A stretch of DNA of 64,000 bases from Chloroflexi bacterium bin125 (GTDB taxonomy: Bacteria; Chloroflexota; Dehalococcoidia; Bin125). This document shows, in pieces, positions 54,817-64,000 of the stretch. Location of the stretch: assembly GCA_002239025.1 (NCBI GenBank), contig MPNM01000013.1, positions 2,575 to 66,574 of the forward strand, given 5' to 3'. The stretch's first letter is position 1. Every line of letters begins with the position of its first letter. The position numbers and the translations under genes were made by a program. The notes under the pieces are model-generated. The model saw nothing but the letters and a program-made list of their open reading frames with translations. It ran no database searches and was not told the origin of the DNA.

Positions 54817-56055
54817 ATGCTCTCTCCCTATCGCGTCATAGATCTCACCGACGAGCGTGGCGTGCTCGCCGGACAGATGCTGGCCGATCTCGGCGCGGAT
54901 GTGATCCAGGTCGAGCCTCCGAGCGGGTCATCGGGTCGCGGCGTCGCGCCGTTCTTTGCCGAGTATCCGGACGAGTCGATCTATTGGGCGGCCTACACCC
55001 GAGGCAAACGCGGAATCACTTGCGACCCTGCAGACCCGCGCGGCCGCGACGTGCTGCTACGTCTGCTGGAGACTGCCGACTTCCTGATCGAGTCGTCGGA
55101 TGTTGGCAGAATGGCTGAGCTCGGTCTTGACTACGCAACACTCCACGAGCGGTTTCCCGGCCTGATCTATACGTCGATCTCCGCCTTCGGACAGACTGGG
55201 CCGAAGGCAGATTATGTCGGCTCGGATCTGGCGATCTGGGCCTCGGGAACTCCCTTGCTGATGACGGGCGACGACGACCGCGCGCCAATTCGCGTGTCGC
55301 AGCCGCAGTCCTGGGGACATGCCTCGGGAGATGCTGCGGGCGGCTCCATGCTGGCGCTGCATGCTCGGCATCGGAGCGGACGTGGACAGCATGTCGATGT
55401 GTCGGGTCAGGTCTCGGTGGCCCAGGCGACCTTGGGACAGGTGCTTGCTTATCAATTGGGCGCCTCAGAGCCCGAGCGATTTGCAGGGGGAGTCAAGCAG
55501 CGGGGGATCGGCTTTAGGGTCTCGGCTGAGGTCCAGAACGGGCACATTGTGCTCAACATGGCGCCTGGGCCCGCTGTTGGCCACTTCGCCAACCACGCGG
55601 TGCAGTGGCTGGTCGACATCGGCGCAGCGGACCCTTCGCTGCTAGAAGAAAACTTCAGAACTTACGCCGACCGCGTGGCAACTGGTGACGCAGATCCAGA
55701 GATATTCCCGCAGATCCAGCAGATCATGACCAACGAGGTTGCGAAGCGTACCAAGGAAGAGATGCTTGAGATCTCGATCGAGTACGACCTCTTGCTCGTT
55801 CCCGTTCTCACCGTCGTTGATCTGGCTGAGAGCGGACAGCTCGAGGCACGGGAATTCTGGCGCGAGATTGAAGACGACGAAGGACGGTGGGTGACGTATC
55901 CAGGACCACCGCTGAAGATTTTCCTCGATGGAGAACAGAGGGCAAACAACTATCGCCCGCCCCCAATGCTTGGACAGCACAACGATGAGATCTATGGAGA
56001 ACTCGGCATAACCCACGAAGAGCTAACGGCGCTGCGGTCGGATGGTGTCATATGA
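54817..56055 (+). CDS. Family III CoA-transferase (CaiB/BaiF)
   Basis: YRVIDLTDERGVLAGQMLADLGADVIQVEPP... is the typical N-terminal Rossmann motif. Confidence 0.88.
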   Translation: MLSPYRVIDLTDERGVLAGQMLADLGADVIQVEPPSGSSGRGVAPFFAEYPDESIYWAAYTRGKRGITCDPADPRGRDVLLRLLETADFLIESSDVGRMAELGLDYATLHERFPGLIYTSISAFGQTGPKADYVGSDLAIWASGTPLLMTGDDDRAPIRVSQPQSWGHASGDAAGGSMLALHARHRSGRGQHVDVSGQVSVAQATLGQVLAYQLGASEPERFAGGVKQRGIGFRVSAEVQNGHIVLNMAPGPAVGHFANHAVQWLVDIGAADPSLLEENFRTYADRVATGDADPEIFPQIQQIMTNEVAKRTKEEMLEISIEYDLLLVPVLTVVDLAESGQLEAREFWREIEDDEGRWVTYPGPPLKIFLDGEQRANNYRPPPMLGQHNDEIYGELGITHEELTALRSDGVI

Positions 56056-57284
56056 CGACTCAGCATGGACTGCCCGAAGGCGACGGCCCGCTGGCCGGGG
56101 TGAGGGTGCTCGATCTGAGCTGGATCGTGGCGGGACCTACGGTCGGTCGCGCGCTGGCCGACTATGGCGCGACGGTGATTCGGGTTGAGTCTCCGATTCG
56201 CGTCGACACGGCTCGCGTCGTAGGTCCATTCCATGGCGACCTGCCTGGCGTGGAGAATTCGGGCCTCTACGGAAACGTCAATGCCGGCAAATGGGGGCTG
56301 ACGCTCAGCCTCAATGTTCCAGAGGCACAGGACATCTTCAAGCGACTGGTCCAGTGGGCCGACATCGTGAGTGAGTCGTTCACAGCCGGGATCCTGGCTC
56401 GCTGGGACCTTCACTACCCGCGTCTGCGCGAGTTGAAGCCTGATCTCATCATGCTGAGCAGCACCTTGCTTGGGCAAACCGGCCCCTACAACCAGGTCAG
56501 CGGATTCGGCAGTCAGGGCGCGGGCATGTCGGGCGTGCAATACCTGACCGGCTGGCCCGATCGCGCACCAGCCGGTCCGTTTGGTCCGTACACCGACTAT
56601 CCGGCCCCGCGCTTCGCATTGACCGCCCTGCTGGCCGCGTTGGACCATCGCAATCGCACGGGCGAAGGCGTGTTCATCGATCAGGCGCAGGCGGAGGGCA
56701 CATTGCAGCTCCTCGCTCCGGCCGTGATGGACTATCTGAATGGCGGCCCGGCGCTCGTGGCTCGAGGCAACGACGATCCGCAGATGTGCCCGCACGGCGT
56801 CTATCCCTGCTCGCCGACCGATGGCCGCGCGGAGTCGTGGATCGCCATCGCCGTGGCGTCGGACGAACAATGGCGATCCCTCGCTGGACTGATTGATATG
56901 GAAGCATCGCTGTCGTTCGACGAACGAAGACAGCAGCAGGCCGAGATTGAAGACGCGCTGATTGCCTGGACAGCTCAGCGATCCGCTGACGAGGTGGAAA
57001 CTATGCTCCAATCAAAGGGAATCTCAGCACATCGGCTTGCCACGACCGAAGATGCAGCCAACGATCCCCAATTGGCTCATCGCAACCACTTCCAACGACT
57101 ACCACACTCACTGCACGGTGAAACCGTGCTTGAGGGGCCGCGATACCTCCATTCCGAGACCCCGGGCGCGCCCGCCCGACCTGCGCCCCAATACGGCGAG
57201 CACAACGAGCAAATCCTCAAGGATGTCCTCGGACTCAGCGACACCGAGATCGAGGACCTGGCAGCGTCTGGAGCTCTGAGCTGA
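56052..57284 (+). CDS. Family III CoA-transferase (CaiB/BaiF), paralog
   Basis: VRVLDLSWIVAGPTVGRALADYGATVIRVESP. ATGA overlap with the upstream paralog. Confidence 0.88.
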   Translation: MTTQHGLPEGDGPLAGVRVLDLSWIVAGPTVGRALADYGATVIRVESPIRVDTARVVGPFHGDLPGVENSGLYGNVNAGKWGLTLSLNVPEAQDIFKRLVQWADIVSESFTAGILARWDLHYPRLRELKPDLIMLSSTLLGQTGPYNQVSGFGSQGAGMSGVQYLTGWPDRAPAGPFGPYTDYPAPRFALTALLAALDHRNRTGEGVFIDQAQAEGTLQLLAPAVMDYLNGGPALVARGNDDPQMCPHGVYPCSPTDGRAESWIAIAVASDEQWRSLAGLIDMEASLSFDERRQQQAEIEDALIAWTAQRSADEVETMLQSKGISAHRLATTEDAANDPQLAHRNHFQRLPHSLHGETVLEGPRYLHSETPGAPARPAPQYGEHNEQILKDVLGLSDTEIEDLAASGALS

Positions 57285-57329
57285 AGGCGGCATCCGACGT
57301 ATCATTGTCAGCACTGCGGAGACGTATCG

Positions 57330-58028
57330 ATGTCACCTCGCCCAGATGAGCATTTGACGGCACCGACCTACACCGTGGCCGAGACCGCCGCGCTAGCCGG
57401 CATTTCCGGTCAGACGGTTAGCAATTGGTTCCGTGGTCGGCGCGGTTCAGGACAAGTCCCGCTGTTTGCTGAGCGAAGGCGTGACGACGAGACAGACATC
57501 AGACTCTCGTTCCTGGAAGTCAGCGAAACAATCGTAGGTGCGCTGTTGCGCAGGAACGGTGCAACCATGGCAAGATTGCGCACTGCTCGTGAGTTCACCC
57601 GGGAGTTCATCAAGACTGAGCACCCATTAGCCACGGAACAGTTCAAAATGTCGAGCCGGCGAATCCTGCTGGAGTTTGAAGAGGCAGTGCCGAGCTCTAA
57701 GAAGAGTGATCTACTCGTGGACTTCACAGAGCAGGCTGGCCAGAATGTTCTGCCGATTTACTTCACCGCGGCGCTTGATCAATTCGACTATCGCGACGAT
57801 TGCGACCCAGCGTGGGCGCATCGCTACCACCCCCATGGTCGCCAAACGCCGTTAGTCATCGATCCGCGGTTTGGGAGCGGCAGACTGACGGTCGAAGGAA
57901 CGAACATTCGCGCCGATTCTGTCTTTGCTCGTGTCGCGAATGGATACTCGGCAGAGGACATCACAGACGACCTTCGTCTGCCAATTGACCTAGTGAGAGC
58001 GGTGTTGCAGTCGCGAACAGCCGCTTGA
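57330..58028 (+). CDS. HTH plus DUF433 protein (VapB45-like putative antitoxin)
   Basis: N-terminal HTH YTVAETAALAGISGQTVSNWFRG. C-terminal DUF433-like VIDPRFGSGRLTVEGTNIRADSVFARVANGYSAEDITDDLRLPIDLVRAVL. Confidence 0.7.
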   Translation: MSPRPDEHLTAPTYTVAETAALAGISGQTVSNWFRGRRGSGQVPLFAERRRDDETDIRLSFLEVSETIVGALLRRNGATMARLRTAREFTREFIKTEHPLATEQFKMSSRRILLEFEEAVPSSKKSDLLVDFTEQAGQNVLPIYFTAALDQFDYRDDCDPAWAHRYHPHGRQTPLVIDPRFGSGRLTVEGTNIRADSVFARVANGYSAEDITDDLRLPIDLVRAVLQSRTAA

Positions 58029-58435
58029 CCCTGTTCTTCGATGCGACGATGGGTGTCAGAGTCGCCCGCGCGTTGGGAATCGTCAAGGCTCCCGACTTAG
58101 ACTGCGTGACCTTGACACAGCACTACCGTGACACTCCATCTCATGGCCTGGCAATACCTGATGAACGTTGGCTGCGCGATGCGACACCGGCAGGTTGGTT
58201 GGTCTTGACTCAAGACCGTCACATCCTCGAACGACCACGGGAACGTCGGGAAATCATTGATCACAACGTAGGTTTAGTGATCATCAGACCAGCTGACGCA
58301 GTGAACTACGACGTGATGTTATTCATCATTCGCCGAATGGACTGGCTCGGAGAGGTTGACCGCGAGTCGAGGCCATTCGTGTATCGGACCTCAATTCATG
58401 GTCGGCCAAGCAGAGTCGATCTGATGTCCTCCTGA
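58025..58435 (+). CDS. DUF5615/Mut7-C-like PIN-like protein (VapC45-like putative toxin)
   Basis: TTGA overlap with the upstream gene. LFFDATMG..., WLVLTQDRHI..., GLVIIRP match the DUF5615 pattern. Lower GC. Confidence 0.6.
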   Translation: MTLFFDATMGVRVARALGIVKAPDLDCVTLTQHYRDTPSHGLAIPDERWLRDATPAGWLVLTQDRHILERPRERREIIDHNVGLVIIRPADAVNYDVMLFIIRRMDWLGEVDRESRPFVYRTSIHGRPSRVDLMSS

Positions 58436-58443
58436 TTGGCTTC

Positions 58444-60009
58444 CTAGCCCTCCGCCGACATCCACTCGGCGATTCTTTCTCCCATCATCATGCAGGTGAA
58501 GTTGGTGTTGGCTCGGATCAGGGTTGGCATGATTGAACCGTCAACGACTCTCAGACCCTCGACCCCGTAGACGCGACCTTCACTGTCGACGACGGCTCCA
58601 TCTGACGGGTCGAGCCCCATCGGACAGGTGCAGGTGGGATGAGCCATGCTGGTTGCGGCGGAGTGGATCCATTCGTCCAACTTTTCGTCGTCGTCGATAA
58701 TCTCCTGCGTGATGTCGAGCGCACCCGTGTGATACGGCGCTAGCGCTTCGGACTGTGCCAGTTCCCAGGCAATCCTTGTGCCTTCGCGCAGCCGCACGCG
58801 ATCGGCCTCGTCCTCATCGAACTTCAGGTCGATGGATGGGTGTTCCTTGTAGTCGGCGCTCGCGAGAGTGACTGAACCGTATGAGTTCGGGAGTTGTACT
58901 CCGGGCGCGATGCCGAAGACCCAGCCCGCGTCAAGATTCTCAGCACTCTCGCCGACCCATGCCCCGAAGCGCGCTTCGGGACCGACCAGGATGTGGCCAA
59001 GCAGGTAGACCTGCATGTCGTTGAACTCGCCGGTCTCCGACGTGTAGCGAAGCAAGGTCTGTGCTAGCGGACGGTCGGGATCGACGGTTCCCGGGGTCGG
59101 GTTGAGCAGCATCGGCGTCATTGGATGATCCATCAGGTGCTTACCGACGCCAGGCAGGTCAACGACTGAGGGAATCCCCAGTTGGGCCAGGTCAGTGGCC
59201 GGTCCGATGCCGCTGCGCAAGAGAATGGCGGGACTCATGATCGCGCCGGCCGAGAGTACGATCTGCTTACCGCGCACCTCTTGCAATTCGCCGTCGCACT
59301 CGACCGACAGACCGACTGCCCGTCCACCTTCGAACATGACCCGGTCAACCAGGCAGTGTCCCCTGACCGTCAGGTTGAGGCGGTTGCGGGCCTGCGAGAG
59401 GAAGCCCATGTTGGCCGACCAGCGGGTCATCAGCTCGGGGCCGTCGCGATTCATCGCCAGGGGTGAGATTCCAGTCGACTCGGGGTCGTTCTGGTCGTTG
59501 GTCTCTTCGAAACCGTAGGCGACGCAGGCGTCGTAGAAGCCGCGCTGGACGGGTTCCATCTCGTCGCGCTGCCAGCGACGCACGGGGATCGGGCCTCCCT
59601 GACCGTGGAAGTCGCCGCCCTCGTCCTTGTCGTCCTCGATGCCGCGGAAGTAGGGCAGACACTCGGACCAAGCCCAGCGCTGGTCCCCGGTCATCTCGGC
59701 CCAGACGTCGTAGTCGCCGGGCGCGCCGCGGATTGCGACGCCGGTGTTGATCGCCGAAGAGCCGCCGACCAGCTTGCCACGCGGTAGCGGCGCTTCTCGG
59801 CCGGGCACAAATGTGGCGTCGAAGCCCCAGTCGTGGTTTGTCACCGACGGTTCATGAATGCTGTTCACATCAGGCGGTAATTCGCCGATTGTGCGGTAGT
59901 CGGGACCGGCATCGAGCAACAGGACCGACCTTGAGCGGTCTTCACTCAGTCGCGTGGCCATGACCGCGCCTGACGATCCGGCTCCCACAATGATAATGTC
60001 GTATTCCAT
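58444..60009 (-). CDS. GMC-family FAD-dependent oxidoreductase
   Basis: YDIIIVGAGSSGAVMATRLSE (GxGxxG), ...GGSSAINTGV..., C-terminal HPTCTCPMG...VDGSIMP. Confidence 0.92.
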   Translation of the reverse strand: MEYDIIIVGAGSSGAVMATRLSEDRSRSVLLLDAGPDYRTIGELPPDVNSIHEPSVTNHDWGFDATFVPGREAPLPRGKLVGGSSAINTGVAIRGAPGDYDVWAEMTGDQRWAWSECLPYFRGIEDDKDEGGDFHGQGGPIPVRRWQRDEMEPVQRGFYDACVAYGFEETNDQNDPESTGISPLAMNRDGPELMTRWSANMGFLSQARNRLNLTVRGHCLVDRVMFEGGRAVGLSVECDGELQEVRGKQIVLSAGAIMSPAILLRSGIGPATDLAQLGIPSVVDLPGVGKHLMDHPMTPMLLNPTPGTVDPDRPLAQTLLRYTSETGEFNDMQVYLLGHILVGPEARFGAWVGESAENLDAGWVFGIAPGVQLPNSYGSVTLASADYKEHPSIDLKFDEDEADRVRLREGTRIAWELAQSEALAPYHTGALDITQEIIDDDEKLDEWIHSAATSMAHPTCTCPMGLDPSDGAVVDSEGRVYGVEGLRVVDGSIMPTLIRANTNFTCMMMGERIAEWMSAEG

Positions 60010-60019
60010 CGGGACCTCC

Positions 60020-61399
60020 TCAACTGCGTGCTTGAGGGTACGACATCGCCGGATTGGGCTGATCGGGATCAGGGGGTTCGTCGGGCAACTTCGGTCGGCT
60101 GGCCAGCGCCAGCCAGATCAGTCCGCTGGCGGTGCCGATGCCGGCGACCAGGAACGGCAGCGCCCAGCCGTCGCTGAGATCGCGCAGCGCACCGGTGAGG
60201 AGGCTGCCACCGGCCGAGTAGATCATCATGACGACTGAGGCCCAACCCATGATCTGCCCGATGTTGGCCGGGCCGAAGTAGTCGGCTCGCAGCGTGTTGA
60301 TGTTCGGACCGCGTCCACCCCAGGCTGTCCAGTGCAGGACTGCGCCAAGGATGATCATCGGGAACGAATCGGCATACGCCAACACGACCGCCGCCGCTGC
60401 GTGGCCAGCCAGGCAGACGGCGATGATCACGCGCTTGGAGATGATGTCGCCGGCGTAGCCACCGACCAGTTGCGCGGCGATCTGACAGACTGTGCCGATC
60501 ACGATGGCGAGCGCGGCGTGTCCTGCTCCGAGGCCGTCGATCTCGCCGACTCGAAGGACGAAGAAGCCGCTCACCGCGGCGACCATCAGCAGAGGCGATC
60601 CGTGGGCAAAGGACAGCGCCCAGAATGAACGAGTGCGTAGTGCCTCCCGTGCCGTGAAATCTCGTTGCTGCCGGATTGGTCCGGCCGGCGTATCGGGACG
60701 TGCGACTGTCGCAGCTCGGGCCGGTTCTGGAGATTCGCCGCGATCGGAGGGACGGACAATCAGGGTGGCGATCAGTTGGCCCGCGATCAGAAGCAACACT
60801 CCTGAGCCAATTGATGTCGCTCGCCAGCCGACGCCGTCGATCAGGAATGAGATCAGCGGCGCCATAAAGCTGCCGAACGCCAGCCCAGTCATCAGGTAAC
60901 CCATCGCGCGCGCTCTGGTGCGCTGGAACCAGTGCACGACCGCGACGGTGAGCGTCATGAAGCCGCCCACTCCGGCTCCAATCGAGACGATGAAGTAGAA
61001 GATGAAGAAGGTCGCCTGGCTGTTGATGAAGCCGAAGAGGATCAACCCGATTGCGGTCGCGGCGATGCCGAAGCGCATCATCATGCGCGGGCCCCAGCGG
61101 TCGATGGCCCAACCCTGAAGCGGTCCCAGCGCGCCCGACTCGATCCGTGTCATCGCCAGAGCGATGCCAAACAGCGTCGCCGACCACATGAACTCCTCTT
61201 TGAGCGCGGCGACATAGAAGCCGGTCGCGTGCATGACCAGTCCACCGAGCAGGAGCTGCACGACAATCCCGCCGGAGACGATGTACCAGCCAAAGAAGAC
61301 GCGACCTGTGGCGAAGCGTCGAAGCACTCGGAACAACGTAACGCTTGAGCGTCTGGGGCTTGGCGCATGGCTCCTGGGCCTCTCGGTGTGCTCGCACAT
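60020..61399 (-). CDS. MFS transporter (tandem paralog 1)
   Basis: FFGWYIVSGG..., GPLQGWAIDRWGPR, about 12 TM segments. ATG 61399 has GGGGAGG 6 nt upstream. Confidence 0.8.
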   Translation of the reverse strand: MCEHTERPRSHAPSPRRSSVTLFRVLRRFATGRVFFGWYIVSGGIVVQLLLGGLVMHATGFYVAALKEEFMWSATLFGIALAMTRIESGALGPLQGWAIDRWGPRMMMRFGIAATAIGLILFGFINSQATFFIFYFIVSIGAGVGGFMTLTVAVVHWFQRTRARAMGYLMTGLAFGSFMAPLISFLIDGVGWRATSIGSGVLLLIAGQLIATLIVRPSDRGESPEPARAATVARPDTPAGPIRQQRDFTAREALRTRSFWALSFAHGSPLLMVAAVSGFFVLRVGEIDGLGAGHAALAIVIGTVCQIAAQLVGGYAGDIISKRVIIAVCLAGHAAAAVVLAYADSFPMIILGAVLHWTAWGGRGPNINTLRADYFGPANIGQIMGWASVVMMIYSAGGSLLTGALRDLSDGWALPFLVAGIGTASGLIWLALASRPKLPDEPPDPDQPNPAMSYPQARS

Positions 61400-61476
61400 C
61401 CACAGCCTCCCCGCTCTGGTCTCCGCTGCCTGAGGAGACTTGCGCAGAAGCGAAATCCACATCGCTAAAGGTGCTT

Positions 61477-61568
61477 GTAGGGGCGACCCTTGTGGTCGCC
61501 CGCGTTGGCGATGGCAACAACAGCCAGATAGGGCCTAAAGCGCGGGCGACCACAAGGGTCGCCCCTAC
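61477..61568. repeat. Palindromic element, GTAGGGGCG-N-CCCTTGTGG-N-CGCCC family, copy 2
   Basis: Perfect 28-nt inverted arms gtaggggcgacccttgtggtcgcccgcg / cgcgggcgaccacaagggtcgcccctac. Confidence 0.85.
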
Positions 61569-61593
61569 AGAGACTGATGCGAAACTCAGCTTG

Positions 61594-61620
61594 CCGTCCC
61601 CGCCCCCGAGCGGGCGCCCG
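61594..61620. repeat. Solo, degenerate arm of the GTCCCCGC family
   Basis: CCGTCCCCGCCCCCGAGCGGGCGCCCG compared with the copy A arm CCGTCCCCGCCTCCGAGCGGGGACCCG. Confidence 0.5.
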
Positions 61621-61712
61621 CTTGGGTTACGCCTGAAGCGCGAATTGGTTCAGGTTGACTAGACACGAGTGGCAGTATGGTCGCCCTGCAGAACCCAAAG
61701 CAGGAGCAAGCA

Positions 61713-63038
61713 CTAGCGACCGGCGGGGCGATTAGGTCGGGTTGCGACGACCATTCTTGCGGTGGGCGGCAGGGGTGGCATGATTGGGAGTCTTGGCGGG
61801 CCCGGCAATCGGGGACGGGTTGACATCAGGATCCAGATGACGCCGCTGCCTGCTCCGATGCTGAAGATGATGAAGGCCAGGTCGTAGCTGCCGAAGATGT
61901 CTCGCATGATGCCCGAACCGAGCATGCCGATGGTCATGAAGGGCATCATCACCATCGAGGTCCAGCCCATGATCCGTCCGAACTGCGACGCGCCGAAGTA
62001 GTCGGCTCGCAGCGACGTGATCAGCGTCCCTCGGGCGCCCCAGGCGACGCCGTTGAGCACCGCGAACGCCATCAACATCCACCATCCCGTCGCCACAGCT
62101 AGCGCAATCCCGGCGAACGCATGGCCGATCATGCAGAGCACCAGCAATGGTCGCTTTGGAAATCGATCCCCGGCCCAGGCCGAAAGACTCTGTCCGATGA
62201 GCTGAGTCACGACCATCACCGTGACGACGACGGCTGCGTCCCCCGCGCTGAAACCAGGTAACTCGTCGATGTGCAGTACGCCATGGCCAATCCACATACC
62301 GACGACCATGAGCGGCGCACCATGCGCGAGTCCCAGACCCCAGAATGCCCGCGTTCTCAGCGCCTCTCGCGCCGTGAAGTCTCGATGGCGGAACGGGTTG
62401 AACTGCCTCGCAATAGCGGCGGAGCCATCAGGGGCAGCCTCGACCCCGCCGTCGACCTCGAGGCCTTTGTCTGCCGGGTGCCGAGTGAACAGGAATGTCA
62501 GACCCCAGCCGACAACAAGCAGGAGCGCGCCCGTCGCATACGTCGTTTCCCGCCAACCGAAGTTGAGGATCGCGACGCCGACGACGGCAGACACCAATGC
62601 GCCAAAGGTGAAGCCCATCGACATGAAGCCGATCGCCCTTGACCGCTTGCGTTCGAACCAGGTCACGACCGCGACCGAGACCGTCATGAAGCCGCCGATC
62701 GAGGTGCCGATCGAGAGCAGGATGTAGAAGCCAATGAATGAGATTTCGTCCCAGAGGAGGCCGAAGAGGATCATGCCCAATGCGGTGGTAGTGATGCCCA
62801 GGCGGATCATGGCGCGCGGTCCGAAGCGGTCGATCATCCAGCCTTGAATCGGCCCGAGCAACCCCGACTCGACACGGGTGACGGCGGCGGCGACGCCGAA
62901 GATGGTCGCCGACCAACCGAATTCGTCCTTGAGCGCGGCCGCGTAGAAGCCGAAGGCGTTCATCGTCAACCCGCCGATCAGCATGTTGATGATCAGCCCG
63001 GCGCCGACGATGTACCAGCCGTAGAAGATTTTGGGCAT
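61713..63038 (-). CDS. MFS transporter (tandem paralog 2)
   Basis: MPKIFYGWYIVGAG..., GPIQGWMIDRFGPR. Collinear with paralog 1. Confidence 0.85.
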   Translation of the reverse strand: MPKIFYGWYIVGAGLIINMLIGGLTMNAFGFYAAALKDEFGWSATIFGVAAAVTRVESGLLGPIQGWMIDRFGPRAMIRLGITTTALGMILFGLLWDEISFIGFYILLSIGTSIGGFMTVSVAVVTWFERKRSRAIGFMSMGFTFGALVSAVVGVAILNFGWRETTYATGALLLVVGWGLTFLFTRHPADKGLEVDGGVEAAPDGSAAIARQFNPFRHRDFTAREALRTRAFWGLGLAHGAPLMVVGMWIGHGVLHIDELPGFSAGDAAVVVTVMVVTQLIGQSLSAWAGDRFPKRPLLVLCMIGHAFAGIALAVATGWWMLMAFAVLNGVAWGARGTLITSLRADYFGASQFGRIMGWTSMVMMPFMTIGMLGSGIMRDIFGSYDLAFIIFSIGAGSGVIWILMSTRPRLPGPPRLPIMPPLPPTARMVVATRPNRPAGR

Positions 63039-63063
63039 TACCCGCGAGGGTAAGGGGCAGCAA

Positions 63064-64000
63064 TCAGCGCTTGACCTGTTCCCGCTGGGGCGCCTCGCGG
63101 ACGACCGGGTTCGAAGCCGGTCGATTGGGACGGAACATGGCGATCGGCTGGGCCTGCCTGAGCGCGCCTCTCGCGCTCATGACGCGAACTCCGGGCAGCC
63201 GTGGGCGGGTTGCGATCAGAACCCAGATCGCTCCGGTGACTGCGCCCAGGCCGAGCACGATGAAGGGGATCTCGTAGCTGCCGGTGGCGTCGTAGAGGAC
63301 GGCCGAGAGGAAACCGCCGACCGTCATGAACGTGGACATGACTACGGAAGACCAACCCATGATCTGGCCGAAGTTTGATGCGCCGAAGTAGTCGGCGCGA
63401 AGCGCCGTAATCAGCGGAGCTCTGGATCCCCAGGCCAATCCGTTGATGATCGCGGCGAGCAAGACGATCTCATACGAGCCCGCAAAGCCCAGCAAAATCG
63501 CTGCGGCGCAGTGGCCAAACATCGCCGGTACCAGCAACAGCCGCTTCGAGAATCTATCACCGAGATAACCCATGACCAGTTGCCCAACCAGTTGGGCCAC
63601 ATTCATCACGGTGTAGGCGATTCCGGCATGGAAGGCGGTGAGACCCTCGATCTCCACAACCAACAGCGTGAAATGGACGAACACACCCGACACAACCAGG
63701 AGCGGCGCGCCATGCGCCAGGGCCAGTCCCCAGAAGGCTCGTGTTCGCAGGGCTTCTCTGACAGTGAAATCGCGGTGTCGATGAGCACTCGCAGGCGGCC
63801 TGGCCCTTGTAGTGGAGTCAGTTCCGCCGGAGTCGCTTGCGGCTGCCACTTCGCCGTCCTTGACCGTTCCCAGATCCTCAGGCCGACGCACGAAGAGGAA
63901 GGCCAGCGCTTGTCCGACGGTGAAGAGGACTGCTGCAGAGACCAGCGCTGACCAGCGCCAACCGATCTCGGTGATCATCAGGCCGACGGGCAAAGCCAGG
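63064..64000 (-). CDS. MFS transporter (tandem paralog 3); 5' end beyond the window
   Basis: The C-terminal two-thirds are collinear with paralogs 1 and 2 (RDFTVREALRTRAFWGLALAHGAPLL..., ADYFGASNFGQIMGW). The ORF is open to the window edge. Confidence 0.8.
   Translation of the reverse strand, partial: LALPVGLMITEIGWRWSALVSAAVLFTVGQALAFLFVRRPEDLGTVKDGEVAAASDSGGTDSTTRARPPASAHRHRDFTVREALRTRAFWGLALAHGAPLLVVSGVFVHFTLLVVEIEGLTAFHAGIAYTVMNVAQLVGQLVMGYLGDRFSKRLLLVPAMFGHCAAAILLGFAGSYEIVLLAAIINGLAWGSRAPLITALRADYFGASNFGQIMGWSSVVMSTFMTVGGFLSAVLYDATGSYEIPFIVLGLGAVTGAIWVLIATRPRLPGVRVMSARGALRQAQPIAMFRPNRPASNPVVREAPQREQVKR

Overview
High-GC bacterial chromosomal window. Hand counts of a few 60-nt lines give about 63% G+C in core genes such as carB. 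It is gene-dense on both strands.

Core content:
- Glyoxylate shunt pair aceB-aceA.
- A primary-like sigma-70 factor.
- A PyrR-attenuated pyrimidine operon: pyrR-pyrB-pyrC-carA-(GNAT)-(small TM ORF)-carB-pyrK.
- A biotinyl-protein/biotin carboxylase pair, RNase D, and a Cys-less L36 gene that is missing from the ORF track.
- Four tRNAs: Gly-TCC, Asn-GTT, Gln-TTG, Leu-CAA.
- An AapJQMP-like amino-acid ABC transporter.
- Many catabolic paralogs: 3 luciferase-like (LLM) oxidoreductases, 3 crotonases, 2 family-III CoA-transferases, an amidohydrolase, a GMC oxidoreductase, an SDR, a carboxylesterase and 4 MFS transporters (3 in tandem). This repertoire resembles Chloroflexota/SAR202-type genomes, which is inference only.

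Accessory content sits in local GC dips:
- Six toxin-antitoxin-type modules or remnants: BrnT(nonsense)/BrnA, a solo HicB, PIN plus a small ORF, HicAB, VapC/Phd-like, and a VapBC45-like DUF433/PIN-like pair.
- A low-GC two-gene cassette (177-aa unknown protein plus an SNF2-family ATPase) wedged against a tRNA cluster. This is my best candidate for an undescribed system.
- A translationally coupled DUF4097 plus minimal class-III nucleotide cyclase pair.

At least three families of GC-rich palindromic intergenic repeats are dispersed through the window. I found no rRNA, CRISPR array, transposase or integrase. All functional calls rest on motif and sequence recognition by eye; no database search was run.
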